NCBI RefSeq assembly: GCF_009834535.1
Contig: NC_045696.1
Coordinates: 80,726,001-80,790,000 of the forward strand
Source: Camelus ferus
Taxonomy: Eukaryota
Length of the DNA stretch: 64,000 nt
Direction of reading: 5' to 3'
The notes below the pieces were generated by a model that had not been told where the DNA came from, made no database searches, and worked only from the letters and a program-made list of their open reading frames with translations. Position 1 is the stretch's first letter. Every line of letters begins with the position of its first letter. Position numbers and translations under genes: made by a program. Positions 39,512-52,525 of the stretch are shown here, one piece after another.

Positions 39512-42500
39512 GCACCCTACGTCGTCTTAATCGAGAATAAATCCATGAACTAAGTGAAATAATAGCATCATCATTTATCCTGTGTCTGCTTCAACCCAAA
39601 AAGAATTAATGAATTAGTAAATAAATTACGGTCACTTTAAAGTAAAATTAAAACACATCATACCTTTTTGTCATTTCGTTATTTCCAGGAAGAACTGATA
39701 ACAGGTGAGTTTTTTCACTTTCTCTATCAGTCTTATCATTATAGCATATTAATTACAAATACCCCTTTTCACCTAGCAGTTCTGAAAACTCTTTGTACTA
39801 AAAATATCTGTTTTAATACTAGGAATTAAAACAACAACAACAACAACCATCATAAAGTGAAGAATCTATCCACATGGGTAACTTCCCTTTTCTAGGATGC
39901 CAAGTGGGCAATGAGGGTCTTGTTTGGGAGAAGTAGATTTATGGAAAAGAAACAATTCAGCCTGTGCAGAAGCTTCTACAAACAGGAGATGTGAGAAGCA
40001 TTCAGAACAAAGAAGGGGTCATCCCTAAAAAATAGAGGAAGCTTTGATCTTTCTCCCTGCCTGGAGCAAGGTGAAAGGGTAGAGTCTTAAACAAGTCTGA
40101 TCTGTGTATTTAAGTTAAACGACACTTCCAGCATGCAGGGGCAAGCGGAAGGGTTACTCAAGTGGTGAAAAATACCCACTCCAGGACCGGTGGCTGTACA
40201 AATATAGTAAGTGTAAAATAAATTCTCTTTTACTTCTCACAGGTTTAACTATAGATAGGAAACAAAGAGTCCTTAAAAGGGAGTGAGTAGATAGTACAAG
40301 AATGCAAATCTGGCAGAGTAATAAAACCCCAGTGATTTCGGACATTTTACATTCTCGCCCATAATGTAAAGTTCTGCCCTTCTCTCTAGACTTGCTACGC
40401 TCCCTAGGCTTGAAACACTGATATTTCTGACAGACCTTGGAAACAGTGACTCATTTATGAAGACCCACACATTTGAGAGAACACCCACAGGATAATGAGA
40501 GAAAGTTGCGACAACTATGCTTGTTTTGACTCATGCTGGGGAAATGTATAAGCCTTTCAGATATTTGCAGATTTTTCCAGAGATAGCATATTTGTCACTG
40601 CAAGGTCTATCCAGTTACTACGTAATGATTTATAGATGTGAGACGCTGTGTAAACAGAGCATCTGTGACACCTATCCACTCAACTGCCATCGAGACCTTA
40701 GATCTGTTTGGCAAACCTAGCACAGTATCTGGAAACACTGCTTCTAATGAAGAAATCCATCCTGGGTTCTAGGATTTTTCCATTTCTTAAGTCATAAGTG
40801 ATTTTTTTTCATAGTAGAAACTTTTCACTCCTGCTCAGTCTCCTCCACTGACACAAAAATGACTTAGTATTAATTTTTGAAATGGACAAAAGAAGCCTCA
40901 GGAAGCTGTTTTCTTCTGTTGTACCTGCAGTCTGCTTGGAGGGCTGTGCTAACTCCCAGGGAGCTCCCAGAAGGGTGCCAAGTGCAAGAAAAGTGACAGA
41001 AGAAGCTGAGGCCGGACCCCTCGCTGTGTTTGTTTCTGGGGCAGGCCTGTGGGTTCGAGAAGGGCAAGGTACCTGTAAGCCGAGGGAACAGACACTTGTT
41101 CCCAGGCACAGTCACCACACACCCAGCCACCGGAGTCCATGTATAAGGCAGAAACCCAGTTATCGCACCCAGTCACACGGCCACATGCGGAGAAGCAAGG
41201 GCGATTTGATGTGGAGTCCCAGTGGGTTGGCCAGAGCTTTTAAATAAGTCTTGCCACAGTTCAGATCTCTAAATTGGTCTTAAGGACTGGAGCTGGTCTG
41301 TCTGCATGTGGAGTTCAGCAGGGTCTGCTGTATGAGAAACAGCAGGGCCACTACCTTTACACACCTGGCCAGGCTGAATCCTTCCCCAGAGCGCCTCTCG
41401 CCAAGCCGGGTACCTCACAATGCCCATATTGGCTCATAAATCCCAAAAGGGCTCCCTGTGTGCCTGGGTGACCCTGCCAGGAGGCAGATTTGGCCCAGAG
41501 CTCAGAAGTAGGCAGGTCCTCAAACTGACACTTCTGCAGATCCCCCCGAAGATGTTCTATCTACAGTCACAGAGACACCCAGGATTGAAAGCAGAAGACT
41601 GGTTCATCTTTCACCTTCAGACTGTGTCCTAGTACAAGACCATCTATCACTGGTTGTGAAACTTTTGTGTGAATCCAAAAAAGGCAGAGCCGACCCAGCA
41701 CCAGCAATCATGGTTTGGTAATCCGAGGGTGAGCCAGCTTTGAATCCTCGCTCTGCTTTTGGCTGACTGGCACGATCCTGGTGGCTCTGCCTATATATCA
41801 TTTTTTAAAACAAATCTGGAAATCATTTTGTAAGTGGTAAAATTATATTTTCTGGTCTAATGTAGTAACTGTTTTAACAATGAAAAAAAAATTCACCATT
41901 TTTGTAACCACGTTTTAGCACATCTTTATTTTAAATATATCAGGACTGTCACTAAAGAGAAGTGGCCTGGGTCTTTCTTTCTCTCCCCCTGACCTCGGGG
42001 GAAGCCTCAGCCAAAGAACAGGAGGGAGGGTGTAGGAGCTGGAGCAAGGCAAGCCTGACACCTTCCACTGCAAACACTGCAGCTAACTAAGGCCACTTGT
42101 CAGCTCTAATCATTTTTCCTGCAGGAAATGTCATTGCTTCACTGCATTGCAAGAAAATGATGTCATAGCGTGGGGCCCTGATCCATTTCCTGACTTTTAA
42201 CCTGAGTCTTGTAACCCTTTTCAGCTGTACTGCACCCAGAAAAAATGAAACACATTGAATGTGAAGGCCAGTGTGTCTTATAAAGGCCTCTGAGGCTTCA
42301 GGATGGGAGTAACTTCTGCATAGATATTAACGATTAAAATACAATTTTCTTTGGGTGTCACATCCTGGATATGGCATGGGCCCAGGACTTAGGAGAGTAA
42401 GTGAAAAGGAAATAGTCTTCAGGATGTGTCTGTAATTTCTTGGCAGAAACATTTCCTTTTCCTATATTGGGTTTAATTAGTGGGGACGTTAAATTTAATT

Positions 42501-44115
42501 AGGATGCTTTGCTTAGTTTTTGTTTTGTGGTGGTGGTCTTTGCTGTTAAACTCTGTGTGAAAGTGAATAATGGTTCCTGAACTGATATTTAAAATTTTAC
42601 ATACTGCATTTGTGTCTCCATGTCTTAAGATTGGTTATAACCCCAGCCTAAATGACATTATTAAGCTATTTCCTGGAATGTCAAGGGCTGAAATTGCCCT
42701 GTCAAGAACGACTCTGTTCTTTCAGGGGTTTCAGAGAGCGAGGGCTCAGATTGCATTCTTGCTCTGTTATTATAAGTTTTTCCCTGGCAGGAAACCACTG
42801 GGTCTCAGATAATTTGCATATATCCAATGAGAGTGATCTGCTGTATGGAGGTTTTCAAGATTGCATGACAACACTATGGAAGAATCTCATATGGGGAAAG
42901 GGGATTTTTTTCTTCTTTCCCTAAGCCCCATTTTAAATAGTTTCCTTCCCACAAGCTGATGTGTCCACATTCAAAGAGTTTTAAGTAACCCAGCCTATTT
43001 TCCCGCCTTGGTGTCTGTCACTAGTCCAGTAATATCAACAGCCCCACAAAACTGGAAACCTTTAAAGTAAAGGTGCCTTGTTCCTTCCAGTCTGTAGAGC
43101 AGACTTTTTTTGCGGGTGCACGATGGTGAACGTTAACCATTTAGTTCTCCCAGGCAAGGGCAGAGCAAGATGTCTGCCCATTTCTTTGTAAATGCAAGGG
43201 CGAGAATTAACCCCACGTAGTTCTTGATTTCTGATTAACAAGTTATACGTGGAATTCCAGTTAACCTAAAGCGCTTGCATGTTACAGGTCTCCTACTCTT
43301 GTACATCTGTTTGAGATCCTCAGAATTGTGCACATTTTACTGAGAACCTCTTGCAAAACTTCCAGGAAGAACTATTGGACTTCAGTGGTCCTGCAGTCAG
43401 GGCTATAGCAGCTGGAACCCCAACTCTTGATAAAATGCCCAACAGTCATCTTAAATCCTTTCAGAACAGAATAAGATATATATAGGAAAGCAAAATATAA
43501 GTGAATAAATAAATATCCATGGTGCCCAATACTAGCTGGAAATGCTCAATTAATATTAAAATTAATTCAGACAGTACATTGATAAATTTGAAGTCCCTAT
43601 TTGTGTAATCACCAGGCCCAGGAATAGAGATCTTCTTCTGCATTAAGTGACATAAACATGTGTTGATTGAAGAGCTGAGCACTAAAAGGTACTAAAAGGA
43701 ATTCCAGACACCAGCGGTTGAGCTGTCTGTCCTTAGCCTCTCTGAATGTTACACTTTTCATTTGTAAAGTGAAGGTATTTAACATTAATTTTATGTCTAA
43801 CATTTTCTGCACTTCTTTCTCAAAAGAATGGACTTTATATAGACTCATGTTCAAAGGAATCTAATAAATGTGTTGAATGAATCACTATCACTAGACGTTA
43901 CTTTTGTGTACTTAGGGTGTGTTAGACTTTCTGCTGTGTGCTTGACCCTTACAGTGGCATGGAATTCTCTCAGCAAATCTGAGAATTAACGACACACATC
44001 AGCTCCATTTGATTAGGGAGGAAACCGAAGCAATGGCCTAAAATAACAGAGGGCCAGGATCTGAATCCAGGTATTTTCCATTGTAAAGTTACACCTACTT
44101 TCTGCTTCACTGAAC

Positions 44116-44268
44116 CAGTGCTTCTCCAACTTCAGTGCACATCAGGGTCACCTGGAGGAGGGCTTCCTAAAACAGATTTGTGGGACCCAACCCCAGTGTC
44201 TCCAGTTCTTACAAGTTCCCAGCTGATGTGGATGCTGCCAGGCTTGGTACCACATTTGAGAACCACCG
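44116..44268. mobile_element. MER5A-like MITE
   Basis: cagtgcttctccaactt...tcacctggagg...acaagttcccagctgatg...ccacatttgagaaccac. Confidence 0.8.
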
Positions 44269-45444
44269 CACTGTGCTATCAAGGATTACAGATGCAGGAC
44301 CAAGAAAGAGAGACTAAGAAGAGAGTCTCTGGCCAAAACCACAAAGACTTCTTATATTCAGCGCCACTAAGAAGCAGACTGGGGTTGCCTCTTGGGAATG
44401 ACTGAGCCGTCAGGGGCATATAGATCTTGGGTCATTTGATGAAAAGTTGGTCTAAAGTGCCTCTAAGGTCCCTTGTGATTAATTAAACTGTCGTAAGTGT
44501 CAAAGAGAAGCTATGGAGAGGCCAGGAGGGAGGCCATACTCCCCCTGCAGAAGACCCTTCTCATTATGGCCACAATCCAAAGTTTTAACCGTACTTTAAA
44601 GATTTAGAATCACTTTGGTAATGGCAATGAAGACAGGCTGAGAAAAACGTTTTCTTAATTTGGGTAATATGTAATTACAGCTTAATGACACATCACACAG
44701 AGAACAAGAGAAATTTAAAGAAAACATTCATTCATTGCCAATTTAAATTTCAGATTTTAAAATTCTATGACAATGATGACACAATTTCAATTTTTATATC
44801 CTAGCATGTAAATCAGAAAAAAAAAACAAGGTTAATCATCAAAAAGAGCTAAAATGTACAGTTATCCATTTTTATTTTAAAAGAACATAGAGGGCAAAAA
44901 GTTTAAAGATCAAAATTATTTTACAAATACTTCAAAATAATGGTTACAAGTATAATAAGTTTAAGAGGAACATTGCTTCAAATTTATTGCCCATTCTTTT
45001 GACCCTAGGAAGAAAAAAAAACAATAGTTTATTTCTACAATTTATCAAAGAAAATGGAGTGTCACTTCTGACATTTAATTTAGCCTTTTTTATGTCATAG
45101 GAACCCAATGAAGAATGGCTCAAGTAACATCATGGTACCACTTAAGGACTTAAGAGGAATCACCATAGAGAACAAAATTGGTGACACTGGTGGAAGGGGA
45201 TGGCAGAGAGAAATAAAAAAAGAAATATATGTGTAATAAAATATCTGACATAAGCATGAAACAGTCCGGAAGGACCGTTACTTTTGTGGGCAAGGGCTGT
45301 CTAAGGAGTGGGGACTCTCTGTAGACTATCTCCTTCGGTCATTTGCTGTTTGTTTTGTCTGGTTTGGATTGGTTTGAGGTTTTTTGAAAATTATAGAAGG
45401 CTAAAGGGCACTTTCTGAAATCTTTGACTTAGAGTCAAGAATTT

Positions 45445-45685
45445 AAATAGGAGTTTGGGATTAACAGGTTCAAATTTCTATATATAACATAGGTAAACAA
45501 CAGGGACCTACTTTATAGAACAGGAAATGATATTCAATTTCTTGTAATGAGCCATTATGGAAAACAAACTGAAAAAATATATATGTATGTGTGCATACAT
45601 ATAACTGAATCACTTTGCTATACACCTGAAATTAACATTTTAAATTGACTGCAATAAAAAAATAAGAATTAAAAGAAAAAAAGAA
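45445..45685 (+). mobile_element. Artiodactyl-type L1 3' end
   Basis: ggagtttgggattaacag...taaacaacagggacctact...ataactgaatcactttgctatacacctgaaa plus an A-tail. Confidence 0.85.
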
Positions 45686-45694
45686 GTGAGGGGA

Positions 45695-45930
45695 AGATAG
45701 CAAACATTTCTTAAGGATCTATCAACTACCATGCTCAGTGTAGGACTCTTAATAGTAAGTACGTTATTTTATTTTGCCATATATGGTGTTATCTCTATTT
45801 TGCCAATGAAGAACTTTAGGCTCAGAGAGGTTCAATGTTGATTTGCTCAAGGCTACTCAGAAAGTAGGCGATAGAGGATGCAATTACCCCTCAAACGGTC
45901 TGACTTCAGAAGTACTACAGCATATCAGGT
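45695..45930 (-). mobile_element. MIR
   Basis: atgaagaactttaggctcagagaggtt...ttgctcaagg. Confidence 0.6.
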
Positions 45931-46249
45931 TCTCCCTGAGTCATAAATAATGCTGAAAGCAATTCTTCTTCAATAAACCACTGCTCCTTGGTATGGAAGT
46001 TCAAATCTACTTTTTCTACATACTCCTTTCTGGTGATTCTTCTTGGATTCCACAACCATAGTAAATTTTCCCATGACATGTGAACTGTTTCTAAATTTGA
46101 ACTGTGCCTCCTGTAGATTTAGGTAAGACTTTAACTGTAGCGAGGAAGACATAAAAATGACAATGAGTACTGAAACCTGCTACCCTGCTCCTCTTTTGAC
46201 TCTCATACTCCCACATTCCTGCTCATCTTTGTCCCCGTCCTGGAGGAAC

Positions 46250-47100
46250 TCACATGCTCAGAGAGGAGCTGAGTGCACATGGATGTCATGCAAAGGAGCT
46301 TGACTGTATCCTGTGTGAAGGGGAACAGCAGAAGGACTTAAAGCAGAGAATGATAAGCGCAGATTTGAACTTTAGAGAGCTCATTCTTGAGCCTGAGTGG
46401 AGGATAATTCTTAAGAAAGACAAGATTGGGAACAGAAGTCTGAGTGAAAGAAGATGGGGGCCAAACCACGGTCATCACGGTTGGTATAGAGAAAGAAGGA
46501 CACAACAGAGAAATATTTAAGAGGTACAGTTGTCAGGACATGGTGATGGACTCAGGTATGAGGAGTCAAGGGTGATTCCATGTCTCAAGTTTGTTCTGCG
46601 TGTCATGAGTGTTGGCAACTGAGTTGGAGATTCAGGAAGAAGAGCAGGTTTTGGGGACAAGCAGATGACGAACTCCATTATGAACATCTTGAATTTGATG
46701 TGTCTGAGGGACACAGGAGCATGACCAGAAAATAGTCAGATGTAGAGCTCATTAGAGCAGGAGAGGGGACTGGGCAACAGATGTGGATGTGTGAGGCATC
46801 AGCTCAAAAGGGGTGAGGTCACCGGTCTTTAAGTGGTGAACAGAGCAAAAGGGCCTTTAAAGGAGACTGAGGAGGAAAAGCCACAGAGAAGGAAGAGAAC
46901 CAAAGATAACGGTGCATGGAAGTCAAAGGGAGAGCACTTCATGGAGAAAGTGGTCAATAGTTTCAAAGGCTGAAGAGAGGTCAAGGAAGATGTAGATTGA
47001 AGAGTCCATTGGGCTTGGCTATCTACAGGTCTTTCATGGCTAATCTTTGCCATGGGAGATTCAGTAGAAGAAGAGGCACATTGTTCAATAAATATGACCA
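46250..47100 (-). mobile_element. L2 fragment
   Basis: gaaggacttaaagcagagaatga...gaggagtcaagggtgattcc...gaagagcaggttttgggg...catggaagtcaaaggga. Confidence 0.7.
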
Positions 47101-47369
47101 AGACTGAAACTGTCTTATAGTCCATGCCCTTCAGCACTAGGTTTATCATAAACTCAAAGGGAGTCATCATTTGTATTTGACATGTGAACAACTTGAGTCA
47201 TGGAGAGTCCAATGGTAAACTTTAGTACCTCATTGGCTAGAATCCTAGGCAGAAGTCCTCTGATTTCTTCTATCAGGTTCTTACAGTGGCTTTTGATTAA
47301 TGATGAGATGTGAAACTGAGCATTAACCTTAAGTGACAAGGGTGGGACTCACGCATTAAATCCAATCAC

Positions 47370-47680
47370 TTTGTCTGTCTCTCATGGTCCAGAACTCCTT
47401 TGCATCTTCCTGGGCTCCTCCCTTGTTCCACATGCTGTTACTAAGTCCTGTTGATTCTACCTCGCAAATCTCTCTCAAATGTATCACTCTTCTCATGTCC
47501 AGCATCACTACCTAACTCAGGTCTTGTTATTCCTCGTTGGGGCTCTTCGTCCTCCTGGCCCAAGTCTCATTTCCCCTCAGTCCCTGTAAGTCAATGGAGG
47601 GACAGAATGGGTCTTGCTCATCTTTCTGTGCTTTAGCATGATATCTGGCACATAGTATAGGCTCAATAAATGTCAAGGAG
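47370..47680 (+). mobile_element. L2 fragment with 3' end
   Basis: aagtcctgttgattctacctc...ctggcacatagtataggctcaataaat. Confidence 0.65.
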
Positions 47681-48793
47681 CAAGTGTAAATAATGAGTAT
47701 TAGATTTAAAGTTTTGGGTTCATAATTCTTGATACACGACAAGAGAAAGTCATTTCTAGTGAACAGAAGATACTCCTCTTCTCAAATAGGTACTGATTAC
47801 CGTCCAGCACCTAGTAGTTCTATTTCTTTAACTAGCAGCTTTCCTTATCATCCATGATACTAGGTTAGTTATATGGTATAAGAGAATAAAAACATTTAAG
47901 AACAATCTTTTTGCAAATAAGCTAGAGTCATAAATTTCTTATTTATTCATTATATAATGCTAAATTTTTAAAAAGACAACCAACAGGATAATTCTGGTTG
48001 GTTTGATATGACAAAGTGAATATTTAGCAAAGAAAGGTGCTGTTCTAAACTGGTTAAAGTGATCGGTGGATCTGTGACAACTCTCACATTGCATCGCTTA
48101 AGTAATGTTGCTGGTATAGTTCACCTCTGGAGCTAGCATAGTAACGCCATGTGGTGCAGCCTAGCCACACATCAGTGTGGCTCAGGACAGGTGGAGAGCC
48201 ACTCATTGCTGCTGACAGTCCTCCCTTCTGAATGTCAATCTTCTCAAATGGAAAAAAGTTTTATTTTACAATATCAGACTGAGACAGATCTGGAAAGGTC
48301 TTTGGAGGCTGGCTGGACAAACCCTGTGGTCTTAGAGATGAGGAAGCTCAGGCCCACAACTACTGACGTGTGCAGGGTGAACTGCTGCCTTGTCCACAGT
48401 CCCCTCTGGTCCCTAAGGTGTCATTCTTCACCCCACCCCCCACCCCATTGTGTTTCACCCTCATTACTTCCTCTGTTTCTCTCCCTCCTTTCATATGGGG
48501 AGTGAACTCAGGGATCCAATAATAGCTGTTAAGTAATCTCCTTTTTAATTCATAAAATTTAAAGTATCCAACATTGTTACATTCCTAAATGGTTTTGTAC
48601 TCACATATTAGCACCATTACAGTCATTCTGAAATATTCACTGAGATAAATTCAGTTTTCTTTGCTGAAAACTGAATTTATATGATTATAGAGAATGGAGG
48701 CTTATGATTTCTGATCAAGTTTCTGCCCTTTTATGAAACAAAATTTTTTTCTTTGTTTTAAATCTATTTCTAATTTTGAAAAAATATAACATT

Positions 48794-48968
48794 GGAGGCA
48801 GGGAAGGTATAGCTCAGTGGTAGAGCGCATGCTTAGCATGCACGAGGTCCTGGGTTCAATCCTCAGTACCTCCATTAAATAAATAAATAGATAAATAAAT
48901 TAAACCTAATTACCTTCCCCCCAAAACAAAAATGACAACGAAAAATTAAAAATAAATAAATAAAATAT
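48794..48968 (+). mobile_element. Vic-1-type SINE, apparently young copy
   Basis: Intact A box TAGCTCAGTGG and B box GGTTCAATCC. Perfect 14-bp TSD aaaaatataacatt at 48780-48793 and 48969-48982. Confidence 0.92.
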
Positions 48969-49439
48969 AAAAATATAACATTTTAAATTTGTTTAGGAGT
49001 ATTACTTATAATAATAATTTAGATTAAGAGTAAGGAGCAAGGGGAAAAACACCCCCTAGGATATTTTATATTAAAAGATTAAATTGACTGTATGTCAAGG
49101 GGAAAATATTTTGAAGCTCACAATAATTTATAAAGTAAAAATCGACAGCAGTTCTCAGTTCTAACTCCTCCCCATCTATTGCTCCCTCCTTGACAAAATA
49201 TCAAGGTTATTTTAATACATTACAATGAACACTTTAGTCTCATTTTCTCTCTTAGTAAGTTGCTATCATCCTTCACATGGTCCCACTGATTAAATAAAGT
49301 GAAAATATCCTGGAAAAATTAGCTTCCATTTCTAAAATATGTTCATTTTTATCTGTGAGAAATATGAGAAAAGTTGTCCACCAGAATCATAACTATGCAA
49401 AGTCACCTGGAGTATGTAAAGCTGAAGATACATCCACCT

Positions 49440-49640
49440 TAGAGGAGTGGTCTAGTAGCAGAGAGCTGGACTCCAGGCCCCACGAGACCCAGGAGAGAAT
49501 CCTGACTCCACGTGACCACCTCAACACCCTCACACGTGAAATGGGGACAGTGAGCCTTAGAGTGTTGCAAGGGATAAAGCAGGCAAAGCACCTGACAAAC
49601 AGTAATTGCCCAATAAGTAGCACCTACAATTATTCGCCTA
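49440..49640 (+). mobile_element. MIR
   Basis: tgaaatggggacagtga...gttgcaagggataaa...aaagcacctgac...caataagtagc. Confidence 0.5.
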
Positions 49641-50555
49641 TTACCCAGTCTTGTATCACCACTATTATTATTCCAGAGAAAAGTACGAGATAAAAGGAAC
49701 AGTAATGCCCTGAATTGCCGTTAGTTTTCTAGATTCTGATTTTTCTACTGACCAATTTGAGGAGACCACATAATAAAATTTGTGAGGGAGAAATACAGTG
49801 GATTCTTAGTTGCATGGTCCTGCTTGCGTTTTACCTGGATCCACTCAAGAGGATTAATTCCAAGAAGCACCAGAGAAACCTTGCCCAGTATGGGACCTCA
49901 GAACTTCAGGATAAGAGTCATGGATGAATTTGTCTCAAAACGCGTTTCTGTTGCTAATGATGCAGGGTATGTCTGTTGGAAGTTTTGAAACCAATATATT
50001 CTTGCTAAATTGCCTTTTGTTTGGAGGAAGAGGGTCCTCTGCTGATAAATATTCTGTCCCTATGTTTTGAACTGCATTTAAAGGGTTTACCTACATCTTT
50101 TATGGCAAATCTTTCTCAATTCATTGAAAAACATAATAAAACCATTGTATCACATGGTAAGGGGGAAATATTTTCTTTCCCCCTTTCATTAAAAAAAAAC
50201 AACCCCAAACATAACAATGAATAATGAAAGGAAAACAAACGAAGCCATTCCATTCCATGGAGGAGGGGCAGAGTAGCTGCAGGGGACAGCTGCAGTGCGT
50301 CTGGCGTCCCGATTCTTTTTTTTCTCATCACTTTATTACTTACTGGACTAAGAATGTAGACAATTTCAGCTATGGTTGTTTTGCATTTGAGTTTCTCAAC
50401 TTAATTCTGCATTGTGCTCATCTGCCCCCTGCCCTGAGTCCTAAGCCAACAGAGTCATTTAAGCATGTTGCTTTGAACCACACAAACAGGGGGCTTTTAT
50501 TCCTTTTCCAGCTCCACCCCTCCCCATGAGACCCTTGAAATTTGGAAGGGCTCAC

Positions 50556-50922
50556 GTCTTAGTCAGCCTGGGCTGCTAGAACACACCCCATAGACTGAAT
50601 GGCTTAAACAACAGCCATTTCTCACTGATCTGGAGGTCAGAAGTCCTAGACCAAGGTGTCAGAGGATTCAGTGTCTAGTGGGACCCCACTTCCCAGTTTG
50701 TAGATGGCCGCCTTCTTGCTGTATACTATCATGATGGAGGGAGAGAAAGTGCGTTCTCTTCATCTTCTTATAAGGGCACTAACCCCATCACGGGGGCTCT
50801 ACCCTCATGTCCTCATCTAAACCTAATTACCTCCCAACAGCCCCATCTCTTAATACCATCACAGTGGGGGTTAGAGTGCCAATGTAAAATCTGGGGATGA
50901 CACAAACATTCAGTCCCTAGCA
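50556..50922 (-). mobile_element. MLT1A-type MaLR solo LTR
   Basis: gtcttagtcagcctgggctgcta...ataagggcactaaccccatc...aaacattcagtccctagCA, flanked by CTCAC at 50551-50555 and 50923-50927. Confidence 0.88.
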
Positions 50923-51052
50923 CTCACACCATGCTTTTGTGAATGTTTGTCAAAACCCTTCATGCCTCTTTCAAGCACTTCCCACTCTAGTTTCAGTTGA
51001 GTACCAGTTAACTGCATGCTTACACACCATCACTGTGTGATCTTTAATGAGA

Positions 51053-51439
51053 TGCTGTCAACTGTGTCCCCCTCCCCCCAATTCATATGTTGAAACCCTA
51101 ATCCCCACTGTGATGGTATTTGGAAGTAAGTCATTTGGGAAGTAACTACATTAAATGAGGCCATGAGGGTGGGGCCCCCATAACGGGATTAGTGTCCTTC
51201 TAAGAATAAGAGACAGAGAGATCACTCCTCTCTCCAGGAGCAGGCACAGGAAAGGCCATGTGAGCACACAGTGAGAAGGCAGCCATCTACAAGCCAGAAG
51301 GAAAAGCTTCCCCCAAACCAACCATGCTGGCACCTTGGTCTTGGACTTCCAGCCTCTAGAATCATGAGCAATCAATGTGTGTTGGTTAAACTACCCTGTC
51401 TATGGCATTTTGTTATAGCAGCTTGAGCTGACTGGGACC
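51053..51439 (+). mobile_element. MLT1A-type MaLR solo LTR
   Basis: aattcatatgttgaaaccctaatcccca...tggacttccagcctctagaa...tttgttatagcagc. Confidence 0.88.
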
Positions 51440-52369
51440 CAAGATAACTTCAATTCTACTAAACTGAAAAGGCACAGGGAGGAAGAAATAATGAATGTGG
51501 TGATTCCTAAGGGGGTATTTGATTCATTTCCAAAAATGTTTTTGAACTAATGGACTAAAATCCTTGGAAGTGAATATTTTCTGTCATAATATTGACTGTT
51601 ACATAAGGATTTTGTTTTACAATACAGTACAACTACAATTTCCTCCAAATTTCCCTTCAAACCATCACTTTTTTCTTTTTTACAAATTTTCACAGCTCTT
51701 GAGTTTCCTACTATGTACTACATTTACACAAGAGAATTTCAATTTTAAAGCAGACACATAAGAGGACAGCTTTTAAAAGCATTTTCAGTGTTTCGTTTCT
51801 ACGAGAAAGATGTGATCAGCAGCATAATTTGCACTAGTTATTACAGCTTTAAATAATATTTTCAAAATATTACTTAACCCTTTCAGCATGTAGGGAATCT
51901 AACAACATAACTACATGGAGGTTCATTAGACACAAAATCACTATGTAGAATTCAGTGTCTCAACAAACGATTTACTGTTTCTTCTAAGAAAGCTGTGTGT
52001 TTTCTAGAATTTTGATAAACAATGCATTTATTTCACTGCTGGAAATTGTACCTACAGTAGCTGAGATTTCTGCATAGTAACAAAGTTTGTTCAGGCTGCA
52101 CATGCTCCTTTAGGGCTCAGGGCAGCAGTAGTGTATTTATTAATACAGAACATCATGTTCCATTATGACAGCCACTCATCCTTGCTAATGAGACATGATC
52201 AGCCACCACTATGGATTAAGTGGTGTCAGGTCATCCAAAAATGCTTACCAATGACATGCTTATTAAATTTATCTAGAACTTTCACCATACTAGTGCTGCA
52301 TTTTATGCAGATGGGAAAACTGAGATTCTGTCCAGAAGTGACACTAAGTGAATCTTGAGCTAGGAAGGG

Positions 52370-52525
52370 AGTTTTCATCAGAATCTCCTGGGGCATGTGT
52401 TAAAAATGTATGTTCCCTGCCTCCAACCCGAGTTTCTGACACAGTGGGAATGGACCTGGAAAGGATCCAGAAATCTGGTTTCACAAGGACCCTGGGTGAT
52501 TCTGATGTCTTTGATCCACTTTGGG
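52370..52525. mobile_element. MER5-like fragment
   Basis: catcagaatctcctgggg...gagtttctgac...ccctgggtgattctgatg. Confidence 0.55.

Noticed and set aside
49745..49822. Alternative TMEM212 last exon after gcAG|GACCATGCAACTAAGAATCCA
   Set aside because: No polypyrimidine tract upstream and only superficial similarity to remembered C-termini.
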